DNA of 32,000 bases from Halomicronema hongdechloris C2206 (GCF_002075285.3 NZ_CP021983.2:4260001-4292000), one strand, 5' to 3'; shown: positions 8,956 to 18,975, counted from the first letter of the stretch. Notes: a model not told the origin generated them from the sequence alone. Numbers and translations: made by a program.

Positions 8956-9065
8956 ATCATTTGGGGTCTCACCCCTCATTGTTGCGGGTTGAAGGGTAAT
9001 CATTTGGGGTCTCACCCCTCATCGCCCGAGTTCTGAGCTCCATTATTTAGGGTCTTATCTCTCAT
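8956..9065. repeat. Three direct copies of a 24-bp hairpin-containing unit with 43-bp period
   Basis: ATCATTTGGGGTCTCACCCCTCAT occurs at 8956-8979 and 8999-9022 (identical copies). A degenerate copy lies at about 9040-9065. Confidence 0.75.
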
Positions 9066-9083
9066 CATGTGAAAACGACTCCT

Positions 9084-9120
9084 GTCATTCCGGGCAAGCG
9101 CAGCGCGACCCGGAATCCAG
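9084..9120. repeat. Dispersed hairpin repeat (ATTCCGGG...CCCGGAAT type)
   Basis: GTCATTCCGGGCAAGCGCAGCGC recurs at 13071-13093. This copy has an 8-bp stem, ATTCCGGG/CCCGGAAT. Confidence 0.7.
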
Positions 9121-9338
9121 GCAGAAGACTTTGCCACTGGCCGATAGCCTCACTGCGATGGTTATTGGCAAGCTGCCTCAGAGGGGCTAGAGCGGCCCTG
9201 AAGGGCCATCGCACCTGGCCATGAGCAGCCAATCCTTCATAACGCAGCGGTCTAAGCGACCCGTCACGCTCTATCGCTGCACTCTAGAATGATAGTGTTG
9301 GTCCAAACCCCTTAGGACAAAGCATTGCAGGTATCACA

Positions 9339-9593
9339 ATGACCACTCTCTCGCTTGATTTGCCAGACTCAGTGTTTTCAGCGCTTCGCAAAGCACCCGA
9401 TGAATTTCTTCAGGAAATGCGTTTGGCGGCGGCAGTTAAGTGGTATGAGATGGGAGAAATTTCTCAAAGTAAAGCGGCTGAAATCGCCGGGATTTCTCGT
9501 AGTGAGCTGTTAGAGGCATTCGCCCGCTATCGAGTGGATTTCATGCAGTACACGTCGGACTCATTGGCTGAGGAGCTTAAGAGTGCCGATTAG
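9339..9593 (+). CDS. UPF0175-family antitoxin-like protein
   Basis: 84 aa. The pattern LRLAAAVKWYEMGEISQSKAAEIAGISRSELLEAF is typical of UPF0175. It overlaps the downstream PIN-like gene by 11 nt. Confidence 0.8.
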   Translation: MTTLSLDLPDSVFSALRKAPDEFLQEMRLAAAVKWYEMGEISQSKAAEIAGISRSELLEAFARYRVDFMQYTSDSLAEELKSAD

Positions 9594-10008
9594 TCGAGTT
9601 GTGATTAATGCGTCGCCGTTAATTGTTTTGTTCAGGAGTCAACAGGCTGAGTTATTACCGCAACTGTTTGAAGAAATCGTCATTCCTCAGGGCGTTTGGG
9701 AGGAAGTGCTGGCTCGTCAACCGGAGGACATTGCTGCCCAGCAGTTACGGACAGTTCCCTGGCTACGACGGATAGATCGTGTTGAGAACTCTACCAAGAT
9801 AGCGGCTTGGGATCTAGGCAAAGGCGAATCTGAGGTGTTGAGTTGGGTCGCCAGCCATCCGGGTTATGCGGCTATAGTAGACGACTCAACGTGTTTAGAT
9901 TGGTTGGATCTTGACGAGTCTGCCAATCCTTTGGCAACAGATTTTTTAAGACCGTTAAGTCATGCACGAAGGGAAAGTCAATCTGAGCAAAGATTAGTCC
10001 GGCTTTGA
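9583..10008 (+). CDS. DUF3368 (PIN-like) toxin-type protein, probably 3'-truncated
   Basis: The N-terminal ~100 aa are family-like (VVINASPLIVLFRSQQAELLPQLFEEIVIPQGVWEEV ... GKGESEVLSW ... AAIVDD). After about 9890 the sequence is not family-like and is antisense to a HEPN fragment. Confidence 0.6.
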   Translation: MPISRVVINASPLIVLFRSQQAELLPQLFEEIVIPQGVWEEVLARQPEDIAAQQLRTVPWLRRIDRVENSTKIAAWDLGKGESEVLSWVASHPGYAAIVDDSTCLDWLDLDESANPLATDFLRPLSHARRESQSEQRLVRL

Positions 10009-10039
10009 TGGCTTTCTCTGCGGCCTGTTGGGCGTGGCC
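9890..10039 (-). pseudogene. HEPN-domain gene fragment (central/C-terminal part only)
   Basis: The minus-strand translation is GHAQQAAEKAIKAGLIFAQIDFPFVHDLTVLKNLLPKDWQ. This parallels HCQQAAEKALKGYL..FPKSHDL in the intact HEPN at 10344-10757. A stop lies immediately upstream and there is no N-terminus. Confidence 0.45.
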
Positions 10040-10080
10040 TTAGCGAGCGTTACCACTCCTCACCGACAAGTAGGAGTATT

Positions 10081-10244
10081 CGTAGTGTGGGCATTGCCTT
10101 TTCTAAGGCCTCATGATACTCGTCATTCATCTACTCAATGCCCACCTTTGCGAAAGATTGGTGGGCAAGCCAAGAGCCTTGACCATGCAAAGCGTTCTGA
10201 ATCTAGCCAAGCTTGACGCTCTGGATTCCCGCCGCCGCGGGAAT
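10081..10244. repeat. MITE-like structured repeat, copy A (164 bp)
   Basis: Near-identical to 12772-13018 apart from an 83-bp insertion in copy B. It contains stems GGGCATTG/CAATGCCC, GCCCACC/GGTGGGC and ATTCCCGC/GCGGGAAT. Confidence 0.8.
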
Positions 10245-10343
10245 CGCCCATGGCACTGACGCGCCACACCAAACGATGAAAATCGTGTCTATTTTCAGAG
10301 CAATGACGGATAAGCAATGTGTCTTAAGTAGATGCCTCGGATC

Positions 10344-10757
10344 TCAGGTGTTGATCAGAAGTTCGCGGACAAACTGGACGAAGGATTCAACCTGGATGAT
10401 TATACCCGTGATCTCTTCACGTGGTGGCTCGCCAATAGGGCCTGGATATCGAAACATCGTGGCATAGGGCGTCAGGGTTTCTGCCAATTGCTGCCACTGC
10501 CTGAAACGTGCCTCTGTTTCCATGGCTAGTCCCAGCAAAAACACCAGATCATGGGACTTGGGAAAGTTGATATCTTGCGCGGTCAAATACCCCTTCAAAG
10601 CCTTTTCAGCCGCTTGCTGACAATGATAGGCTGCTACATCCAAATAAGGTGGCTTGCTCTTGGATAGTAGATCCGCAACGTCTAAGTCACGCTGCCCTTT
10701 CAGCAGCCACTGAGAAACTTCACGTCTGGTCTCGTTGTCCATACAAGACTGAGCCAT
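10344..10757 (-). CDS. HEPN domain-containing protein (toxin of an MNT-HEPN pair)
   Basis: AAYHCQQAAEKALKGYL ... FPKSHDL ... FRYPG matches HEPN. The start is ATG 10757 or 10742, overlapping the end of the upstream MNT gene. Confidence 0.8.
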   Translation of the reverse strand: MAQSCMDNETRREVSQWLLKGQRDLDVADLLSKSKPPYLDVAAYHCQQAAEKALKGYLTAQDINFPKSHDLVFLLGLAMETEARFRQWQQLAETLTPYATMFRYPGPIGEPPREEITGIIIQVESFVQFVRELLINT

Positions 10758-11055
10758 GGTGGAGAGCCTGATGAACGAGAGAGCTTTTGACCTGAGCAGA
10801 GGCCTCCACTTCGTCACGCGTTAACACCAGCAACTCTGTGGGCAATTTGACCCCCCACATCGCCCCATAGGCTTTTTGAGCGCGGCGATACTGAGGTTCA
10901 TCAGACTCAGACACTACGATCAATAAGTCTAAATCACTATCGTCTGTGGGGCTGCCATAGGCATAGGAGCCAAACAGAATAATTTTCTCAGGCTGGCAGC
11001 GTTTGACTAACCGCACCACAATGTCGTCGAGGATATCTTGACTGATGCTTGTCAT
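10720..11055 (-). CDS. Nucleotidyltransferase (MNT) domain protein, antitoxin of the MNT-HEPN pair
   Basis: LFGSYAYGSPTDDSDLDLLIV is the GSxxxG...SDxDL minimal nucleotidyltransferase motif. 111 aa. Confidence 0.85.
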   Translation of the reverse strand: MTSISQDILDDIVVRLVKRCQPEKIILFGSYAYGSPTDDSDLDLLIVVSESDEPQYRRAQKAYGAMWGVKLPTELLVLTRDEVEASAQVKSSLVHQALHHGSVLYGQRDQT

Positions 11056-11159
11056 GCTGATGCCTCAAGCCGTTATTGATAGTCTATCTGCTGGTTGACC
11101 CGACCGACGCAGAGCGTTTAGTCAAGTTTGCCAATGCCTGAGCCACTTGCGAAACGCGG

Positions 11160-11300
11160 AAATAGTGAGGAGTGCGGAGGTGGGGAGAGGGGGAAGAGTG
11201 AAGAGTGAAGAGTGTGTAGGGCTATGCCCGTGCGAAGAAGAGTGAAGAGCTTGCCCTGAGCGCAGTCGAAGGGTGAAGAGTGAAGAGGGGATAGGGAATA
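11160..11300. repeat. G-rich / GTGAAGA heptamer repeat cluster with the 39-bp core shared with 3153-3191
   Basis: GTGAAGA units flank the core GCTTGCCCTGAGCGCAGTCGAAGGGTGAAGAGTGAAGAG at 11249-11287, which is an exact 39/39 match. Confidence 0.85.
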
Positions 11301-11415
11301 AGGGGGAAAGATCCCTCGCGTTTCTACCGATGCGACGCGATCTTGAACGGCAGATCGGTCATCCCTGCCGCGGGGTCCAGGGCGGTGGTTCGACTCCGCT
11401 CACCACAAGCTGCCC

Positions 11416-13018
<1,603 letters not shown>

Positions 13019-13127
13019 GACGGGAGTAGGTTCTTGTTGGTAGCAAACTCATTGCGGAGAGGAGTCTCGCGTCATTCCGGGCAAGCGCAGCGCCACCCTA
13101 GGGTTGTTTCATGTTAGGGAGAGAAAA

Positions 13128-13496
13128 ATGAGGCGGTCTAAGTTACAGGAATCCATCCTATCGATGGTTGAGATGAAGCGAATTGAGGCTCTGGGTCGCC
13201 AGATCGCTGATCGGTTTCGGCCAGAGCGAATTATTTTGTTCGGGTCTTATGCAAACGGGCAGCCAACGGAAGACTCAGATGTAGACTTATTGGTAATTTT
13301 ACCTTTTGAGGGATATCCCTTTCGCGTCGCATCTGCAATTCTCAGCGCCACAAATCCTGATTTTGCTGTCGATGTGCTGGCAAGAACGCCAGAGCAAATT
13401 GAGCAGCGTTTAGCCCTCGGCAATGACTTTATTCAGGAAATATTGGAGCAGGGCAAGGTTTTACATGAAGCCACTAACGCAGGAATGGGTAAATAA
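13128..13496 (+). CDS. Nucleotidyltransferase (MNT) domain protein, now without an intact HEPN partner
   Basis: LFGSYANGQPTEDSDVDLLVILP motif. ATG 13128 is preceded by GGGAGAG. The ORF-track start at TTG 13104 is less likely. Confidence 0.8.
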   Translation: MRRSKLQESILSMVEMKRIEALGRQIADRFRPERIILFGSYANGQPTEDSDVDLLVILPFEGYPFRVASAILSATNPDFAVDVLARTPEQIEQRLALGNDFIQEILEQGKVLHEATNAGMGK

Positions 13497-13972
13497 AGCG
13501 AAGGGAGATTTTGTCTCAGCAGGCGGCGAGAGGTTGCTTAAAGAGCCCAGCAGCGTTGTGAATACTGCCGCTGCCCAGAAACCTTCTCGCCCGATAGTTT
13601 CACCATCGATCACATCCAGCCCCGTCAGCTTGGCGGCGCAACCACCCTGGAAAACTTGGCTTGGGCTTGTTTTGGCTGTAACGGTCACCAATTCACCCGG
13701 ACTGCCTACTCTGATCCGCTCACCGGCGAAACTGTGCCTCTCTTCAATCCCTGAGAGCAAATCTGGGATGAGCACTTTACCTGGAGCGAAGCGGCAACTC
13801 AGCTGATCGGCCAAACTCCCTGTGGTTGCGCCACGGTGGACGCACTGGCGCTGAATCGTCCTGGCGTCATCAACCTGCGGCATCTGCTGGCATCAGCCGG
13901 GTTGCATCCTCCCAAGTAGACGCTGATCCTCAACCGCTCAACATTTGCCTCGATTTTCCAAAAACCTGCCAT
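13461..13972 (-). pseudogene. Degraded gene, possibly MOSC-like, frameshifted
   Basis: ATG 13972 has AGGAGG 5 nt upstream, but that frame stops after 57 codons. A second frame (13461-13883) reads PGKVLIPDLLSGIEERHSFAGERIRVGSPGELVTVT, weakly like a MOSC beta-barrel. Its 3' end runs into the HEPN remnant. Confidence 0.25.
13465..13545 (+). pseudogene. HEPN gene N-terminal remnant (first ~20-27 codons)
   Basis: ATG 13465 overlaps the MNT 3' end, as in intact pairs. MKPLTQEWVNKAKGDFVSA is a typical HEPN N-terminus. Similarity is lost after that. Confidence 0.4.
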
Positions 13973-14185
13973 GGCCACCTCCTAACCTTTGGCTTGCAGC
14001 ATGCTGGAGCAAGGGAGATTTCCCAGGCGACAAAATTGCTCATTACATAGCTGGGATGCCCCCGTGAAGGGTAGCGGGTAGTAAATGTTGGGGGATGAAT
14101 CGTGGGATAGAGGGAAGTGGGATGGTAGGGAGGTATGAGTTGCTTGTGAGCTATCTTTATCACGATCGCTGCGAGCATCTATTGT

Positions 14186-14581
14186 ATGACCATCGAAGTC
14201 ACCTTAAAACTCCCCAATGGTCTGGTCGAAGAAGCTCAACGTTTGGGTCATGCCACAAGTAAAGACGCCGCGACCGTGCTGACAGAAGCCCTCGAACAGC
14301 TCTGGCCCACGTTAGAAAACTTTTCGGAAGAGGCGTTTTTCCCCACCATATCTGGGCTTGCAGATGATCAGGTATTGCAACTTGCTACCGGGAAAATGCA
14401 GGAGGCTCAAAATGCCCGCTTGGGCGAGCTGCAAGCAACCGGCAAAGTAGACGGGTTAAGCGAGCCTGAAAGATACGAACTGTTGGCCTTGCTGCAGATT
14501 TATCAGCTGGGGCAATTGCGAAAATCCGAAGCTCTGGCAGAGGCGGTGAAGCGAGGATTGCTTGAACCTGTCGCTCAATGA
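14186..14581 (+). CDS. Hypothetical protein translationally coupled to an HNH endonuclease gene
   Basis: 131-aa helical, acidic ORF. Its stop overlaps the ATG of the HNH fragment (ATGA at 14578-14581). Confidence 0.55.
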   Translation: MTIEVTLKLPNGLVEEAQRLGHATSKDAATVLTEALEQLWPTLENFSEEAFFPTISGLADDQVLQLATGKMQEAQNARLGELQATGKVDGLSEPERYELLALLQIYQLGQLRKSEALAEAVKRGLLEPVAQ

Positions 14582-14673
14582 GTACACTCTCTGAAGCCAT
14601 CCGAGAGCAGGTTCGGCAGGGGGCAGGCGATCGCTGCGAATACTGCCTGAGTCCCCAAGCATTGGTAAATTGA
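14578..14673 (+). pseudogene. HNH endonuclease N-terminal fragment (31 codons)
   Basis: MSTLSEAIREQVRQGAGDRCEYCLSPQALVN* has the RCEYC zinc-hook start of small HNH nucleases. It is cut off at about 14669, where IS256 transposase homology begins on the opposite strand. Confidence 0.55.
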
Positions 14674-15216
14674 AGTAGATGCCATCGGCCCAGATGTAGA
14701 CATAGCGGCGATGTCGCAACGACCGTTTCTGCCAGTCCTGGTGTTCTTCAATCCATTTGGCTTTCAAGCGGCTGATGGTGGCGGGCGATAACCCTCTCGC
14801 CTCAGGACCGGGCAGGGCGGAGAGGGCTTCGCTAAAGTCTCCGGTCGAGACCCCCTTGAGATACAGCCAGGGCAACACTTCCTCCACGCTACTGGTCCGT
14901 TTCAAATAGGGCGGCAACAACCGAGAATTGAACTTAACGCCACTGCCGTTGCGGTCTCGCACTTTCGGCACGGTCACCGCCACGTCTCCAACACCGGTCT
15001 GGATCGTGCGCTCCGGTAAGTAGCCATTGCGCACGACTGCCTGACGACCCTGCTCATCCCGACGGTCGGCATACTGGCTAAGAACTCCTGCGACTCCGCT
15101 TCTACCGCTTGAGCAATGAGCTGACGAGCGCCGTTGCCGATCAAGTCGCTCAACGCGTCATGAAAGGTCTCTGTTGTCTCAGGCGATTGAAAGGCAATAA
15201 GATTGTCGCTACTCAT
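14669..15216 (-). pseudogene. IS256-family (Mutator-type) transposase, N-terminal ~45% only, with a frameshift near 15070
   Basis: Two frames read LIAQAVEAESQEFLA / YADRRDEQGRQAVVRNGYLPERTIQTGVGDVAVTVPKVRDR...LPWLYLKGVSTGDF...RYVYIWADGIYFN. Homology stops abruptly after ADGIYFN. Confidence 0.8.
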
Positions 15217-15293
15217 GGTGTATCCTCGTCTGGTTTTGCTTAATTCAGCAGGATACGCCCTTTCCTAATTTCTCTCCATACACCAGAAATGAG

Positions 15294-15491
15294 CATAGGC
15301 TGAAGCTCTATTCCCAGCAGGGGGTGCAGGAATATGGGATTGTGAATAAAGATCTGCCTCAGGTGCAGATCTACCGACGGGATAATGCCCCACTGACCCT
15401 GGCATTGACGCTGCAAGCCAATGACACACTGACGTCACCATTGTTGCCGGGTTTCTCCTGGGCTCTATCCCGCATCTTTGGGCGCCGTTGA
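15294..15491 (+). pseudogene. Uma2-family endonuclease C-terminal fragment
   Basis: HRLKLYSQQGVQEYGIVNKDLPQVQIYRR...LTSPLLPGFSWALSRIF matches a Uma2/DUF820 C-terminus. The N-terminus is missing and the fragment lies next to the IS256 remnant. Confidence 0.6.
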
Positions 15492-15594
15492 TACCCGAAA
15501 AAGCTCCTGGGAACCTCACGGTGACTGCCCCATGATTTACCGAGCAAAGCGATACACTACAGTCAGCGGTAGGCAGTGCCTGGGGGAGTATTGA

Positions 15595-16158
15595 GTGGTG
15601 CAAACACCCAAAACCCAAATCACCCTGGAAGCGTTTCTGGCGTCACCGGCCAGCGGTACTCGCTGCGAACTCATCGATGGAGAAATAGTCCCTAAAGTGG
15701 CTCCCAAACGGTTTCACTCCAAAACCCAGCGGGCCCTGCTGCGAATTCTAGAAGCCTGGGGTGAAGAGAAGGGTGAAATTGGCGTCGAGTGGGCGGTTCA
15801 GCTCAAGCGCAATGGCCGGGATTGGGTACCCGTGCCTGATGTTTCATTTGTCTACGCCGAGCGATTACCTGATGATTTGGGCGATCAGGCCTGCCCAGTC
15901 CCGGTTGACTTGGCAGTTGAGATTATTTCTGCCAACCAAACCTTTGGCATCATGGCTGAAAAAGCTGTCGACTACATCATGGCTGGAGTGGCAAGGGTTT
16001 GGATTGTGGACCCTACGGCAAAAACGATTACTGTATTCAAGCCTAATGCTCTGCCAGTGACATATCGTGGCAGTCGCCATCTGACAGATGAGCATCTGAC
16101 TCACTTAACCCTGACAGTACGGCAATTGTTTGCACAAGCCGGATTGCTAGGCGAGTAG
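15595..16158 (+). CDS. Uma2-family endonuclease (DUF820)
   Basis: 187 aa: TLEAFLASP...CELIDGEIVPKVAPKRFHSKTQ...VPVPDVSF...PVDLAVEIIS...KAVDYIMAGVARVWIVDP. The start is GTG. Confidence 0.85.
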   Translation: MVQTPKTQITLEAFLASPASGTRCELIDGEIVPKVAPKRFHSKTQRALLRILEAWGEEKGEIGVEWAVQLKRNGRDWVPVPDVSFVYAERLPDDLGDQACPVPVDLAVEIISANQTFGIMAEKAVDYIMAGVARVWIVDPTAKTITVFKPNALPVTYRGSRHLTDEHLTHLTLTVRQLFAQAGLLGE

Positions 16159-16212
16159 TTTCATTGAGGGGATGGCCTCCGGATGGGCTCCCTGAGGGGG
16201 AAGAAATCACCA

Positions 16213-18723
16213 TCACTCCGCCTCTGCCGCTGGGGGGGTGGTCGTATCGTCTAGATACCCTTGGGCCACGCTCCAATCGTTCAGGGCAGGATCTAACCAG
16301 AGCCAATTAGTTTGCTGCAGAGTTTGAGTTTCAAAGGCGTCTGGGGCCTCAGCCTGGACCAGGCGGTAGTGTTTAGTCGCCTGACTCTGGAACCAAGCGC
16401 GCTCGGTGGGAGAGAGGGCCTCACCATCTAACTTCTTGACATAGGCCATGGCCAGGCCGGCATGGGCATTGAGGGTGATGGGCCGGGCCACGGTTTGATC
16501 AGCCGTTGCCGTGGGCTGTTGCTGGTCTAGTTCTGTGGCCCGCTGCCAGGCGGTGATGGCAGCGTCAATATTTCCCTGTTCATACTGGGCAAAGCCGAGG
16601 CCTACATAGGCCTCCAGGAAGTCATCTTGAGTTTCTGTGGCCTGCTGCCAAGCCGTTTGGGCGCGCTCCAGGTCTGCTGCTGAATAGGCCTGGGCTAGTT
16701 GTTGCCAATGCAGACGGCCGCGGAGATACATGATCTCGGGCGCTTGGTTCTGCTCGGCCGAAGCCCGATTCAGCACCAGTTCGGCACTGTCGACATCGAA
16801 GCCATCTAGCATGGTGGTAATCAAGGCGGTGGCTGCAGACAGGTCGCCACGGCCCAGGGCGGCTGAGGCCTCGGGAATTAGAGCCGCAGTATCTTGGCTT
16901 ACCGGCGGCGACGAGGCTGGAGCGGGCAGTTGCGGAGCATCCGAGAGTCTAGAGAAGAGCCCGGCCTGGGAGGCAATGCCGATGCCGACGGCAGCCATTG
17001 CGGCTAGACTCAGCCCGGCCATGGCCAACCAGCGTCGAGAGCCTGGCTGGGGCGAGGCGGTGGTGGCGGTGCCAGGCTCGGCTTTGGCCGTGGACGCCCC
17101 CGGATCACTCAACGCCGGGTTTTCGGGTAAATCTCGATAGGGATCGGGGACGTCAGTGCTTGGCTGTAGGTCTTCATCGCGGGCCAACAGGGGAGGCTCA
17201 TCCTTGGTCCCAGGACGGGACAGTTGCTGCAAAATATCGGCGACCGCGGCCGAGTCATCGTCGTAGTCAGTGGCTCCATCTTCCGGAGGGAGATCATCCA
17301 ACCAGTCAGTGTCCGTGAGGGCAGTGGCGCTTTCATCGGGGGTGAGGTCTGGATCTAACTCGCGGCTGAGTTCATCCCATACCGGTGGCAAGGACCAGGG
17401 ATCTAAGGGAGCCGCCTGGCTGCGATCGCATCGGGTCAGATAGCCATTAAACTCAGGATGCATGTAGAGAATCGGCAAGGCCCAGTAAAACTGATCCGAC
17501 CCATGGGCCGACGCCAGGGCCTGGCGGGTGCGGCTGAGGCAGAGATCGATGGGATAGTGACGGCGCAGATTGCGATAGAGCAAGCGGGTGAAGGTAATGG
17601 CCACATCATCGGGAATGCGCTCCGCCATGGCCACCACACTGGGGACCCCCCGATTATTCAGTGCCTGCACCAAATTTTGTTCGCACCAGCCCGCCGTCGC
17701 ATCATCCGTTGCCGTATAGGCTCCCCGGCAGGAATTAAACACCGCCAGGTAAATGCCATTGTTGACTAAGAGACCGGCCAAATCCTCACCACTGAGCCGC
17801 TCTGTCAGGCCGGTTTGATGGTTGACCAGATAGAGATCGCCGCCCGTTTCCCCCAGATCACTGTGGCCGGCATAGTGCAGGACCTGAAACTGTCCTTGCT
17901 CCAAAGCCTGGGCCAGTTCCCGCCGGCCCGGTTGCTCCAAAATCGTCAGCTGAATATCCAGCAGCTGGGAAGCGGCAGCTGTCCCCTGCAACTCCTCCTG
18001 CAATTGCTCGACTTCCTGGCGTAGGGCCAAGCGCTCTTGATCATCGGGGGCAGAGACCACCATCAAGACCCGCAAGGGCTGATCAAGCTGGGGTAACGGG
18101 GGCAGTGCCGTGAGACTGGTGGTCCCAGACACAGCCAGATAGCGGCTGAAGGTCAACTCAGTGCCGGTAGTGAGGGGGCGAGCATCGTTGTACAGCACCT
18201 CCCACGGCAGTCGCTGCAGCTGACTATCCTTCAAGCCCAACCGCAATCGCAAAAATTCCCGGCGGTTCTGAGCGACTCCCTGGGCCGCCAACCAACTATC
18301 CCGCAGACGGCCATGGAACACCGCCTGATAGAGCCCACGACCCAGGGTTGTCAGGGTCAGCTCCTCCGTCGGCAATGCTGTACCAGTTTCCTCCAACCCC
18401 GTCAGAGTACCCCCCTGCCATAGGGTCAGTAAGGGATCGTGCATGAGCTGCTGGGCCTGATGCAGCCAATCGTCGACGGGCCAGACGACTTGCTCCTCCG
18501 CCAGAGGAACCCCGACCGCCACATCCTCTGTGCGCACCAGATAGCGATGATCACCAACCGCCGTGATCGATAGTTGAAATTCCTGAGTCACCAGTGCGTC
18601 GGCTCCTTGGGCAAGGGTTAGGGATACCAAGTCCAGCTCGAGACAGCGAGGAGTCTCCTGACCCCATGGCTGAGCCTGAACTCGGCTCAGCCTGAACAGC
18701 AAGCCCCAGGCAGTCAGGGCCAT
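16213..18723 (-). CDS. CHAT-domain protease with central TM helix and C-terminal TPR repeats (HetF-like architecture)
   Basis: The caspase-like dyad is in context: HYAGHS (His ~287) and AVFNSCRG (Cys ~332). An acidic, Pro-rich linker follows, then a TM segment WLAMAGLSLAAMAAVGIGIA (aa ~565-589), then TPR-like repeats. Confidence 0.85.
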   Translation of the reverse strand: MALTAWGLLFRLSRVQAQPWGQETPRCLELDLVSLTLAQGADALVTQEFQLSITAVGDHRYLVRTEDVAVGVPLAEEQVVWPVDDWLHQAQQLMHDPLLTLWQGGTLTGLEETGTALPTEELTLTTLGRGLYQAVFHGRLRDSWLAAQGVAQNRREFLRLRLGLKDSQLQRLPWEVLYNDARPLTTGTELTFSRYLAVSGTTSLTALPPLPQLDQPLRVLMVVSAPDDQERLALRQEVEQLQEELQGTAAASQLLDIQLTILEQPGRRELAQALEQGQFQVLHYAGHSDLGETGGDLYLVNHQTGLTERLSGEDLAGLLVNNGIYLAVFNSCRGAYTATDDATAGWCEQNLVQALNNRGVPSVVAMAERIPDDVAITFTRLLYRNLRRHYPIDLCLSRTRQALASAHGSDQFYWALPILYMHPEFNGYLTRCDRSQAAPLDPWSLPPVWDELSRELDPDLTPDESATALTDTDWLDDLPPEDGATDYDDDSAAVADILQQLSRPGTKDEPPLLARDEDLQPSTDVPDPYRDLPENPALSDPGASTAKAEPGTATTASPQPGSRRWLAMAGLSLAAMAAVGIGIASQAGLFSRLSDAPQLPAPASSPPVSQDTAALIPEASAALGRGDLSAATALITTMLDGFDVDSAELVLNRASAEQNQAPEIMYLRGRLHWQQLAQAYSAADLERAQTAWQQATETQDDFLEAYVGLGFAQYEQGNIDAAITAWQRATELDQQQPTATADQTVARPITLNAHAGLAMAYVKKLDGEALSPTERAWFQSQATKHYRLVQAEAPDAFETQTLQQTNWLWLDPALNDWSVAQGYLDDTTTPPAAEAE

Positions 18724-18975
18724 CCTGGTGGGAGACCCCGCTAGGGAAACTCACACTTCTATCAGAGTAGATCACCTTCTCCTCAATTCAGCTGGAGAGA
18801 TGACCAATAACGACTCAGCCAGTACAGTGGATGAGAGATTGCCCCGATCGGGGACTCCTCCCGGTCCAGACCGGGCCACTCTCTCAATAACGGCCGCCCC
18901 CAGCTAGAGGGCAGGTGTGGGCCAGCTGGGGCTCATTCACCCAGCTATCTTTTCACTCACCATGGACACGATGGC

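Noticed and set aside
8956-9065. Possible mini-CRISPR array
   Set aside because: There are only three units, one of them degenerate. The 24-bp repeats with ~19-bp spacers fall outside CRISPR geometry, and there are no cas genes in the window.
15265-15618. 117-aa minus-strand ORF
   Set aside because: It is antisense to the recognisable Uma2 C-terminal fragment and overlaps the start of the intact Uma2 gene, with no family resemblance.
16730-18024. Several 60-136-aa alternative-frame ORFs inside the CHAT gene, and similar ones inside the GT39, cax, IS110, S9 peptidase, glcD and permease genes
   Set aside because: They are fully nested in long, well-supported genes in a high-GC genome where shadow ORFs are expected.
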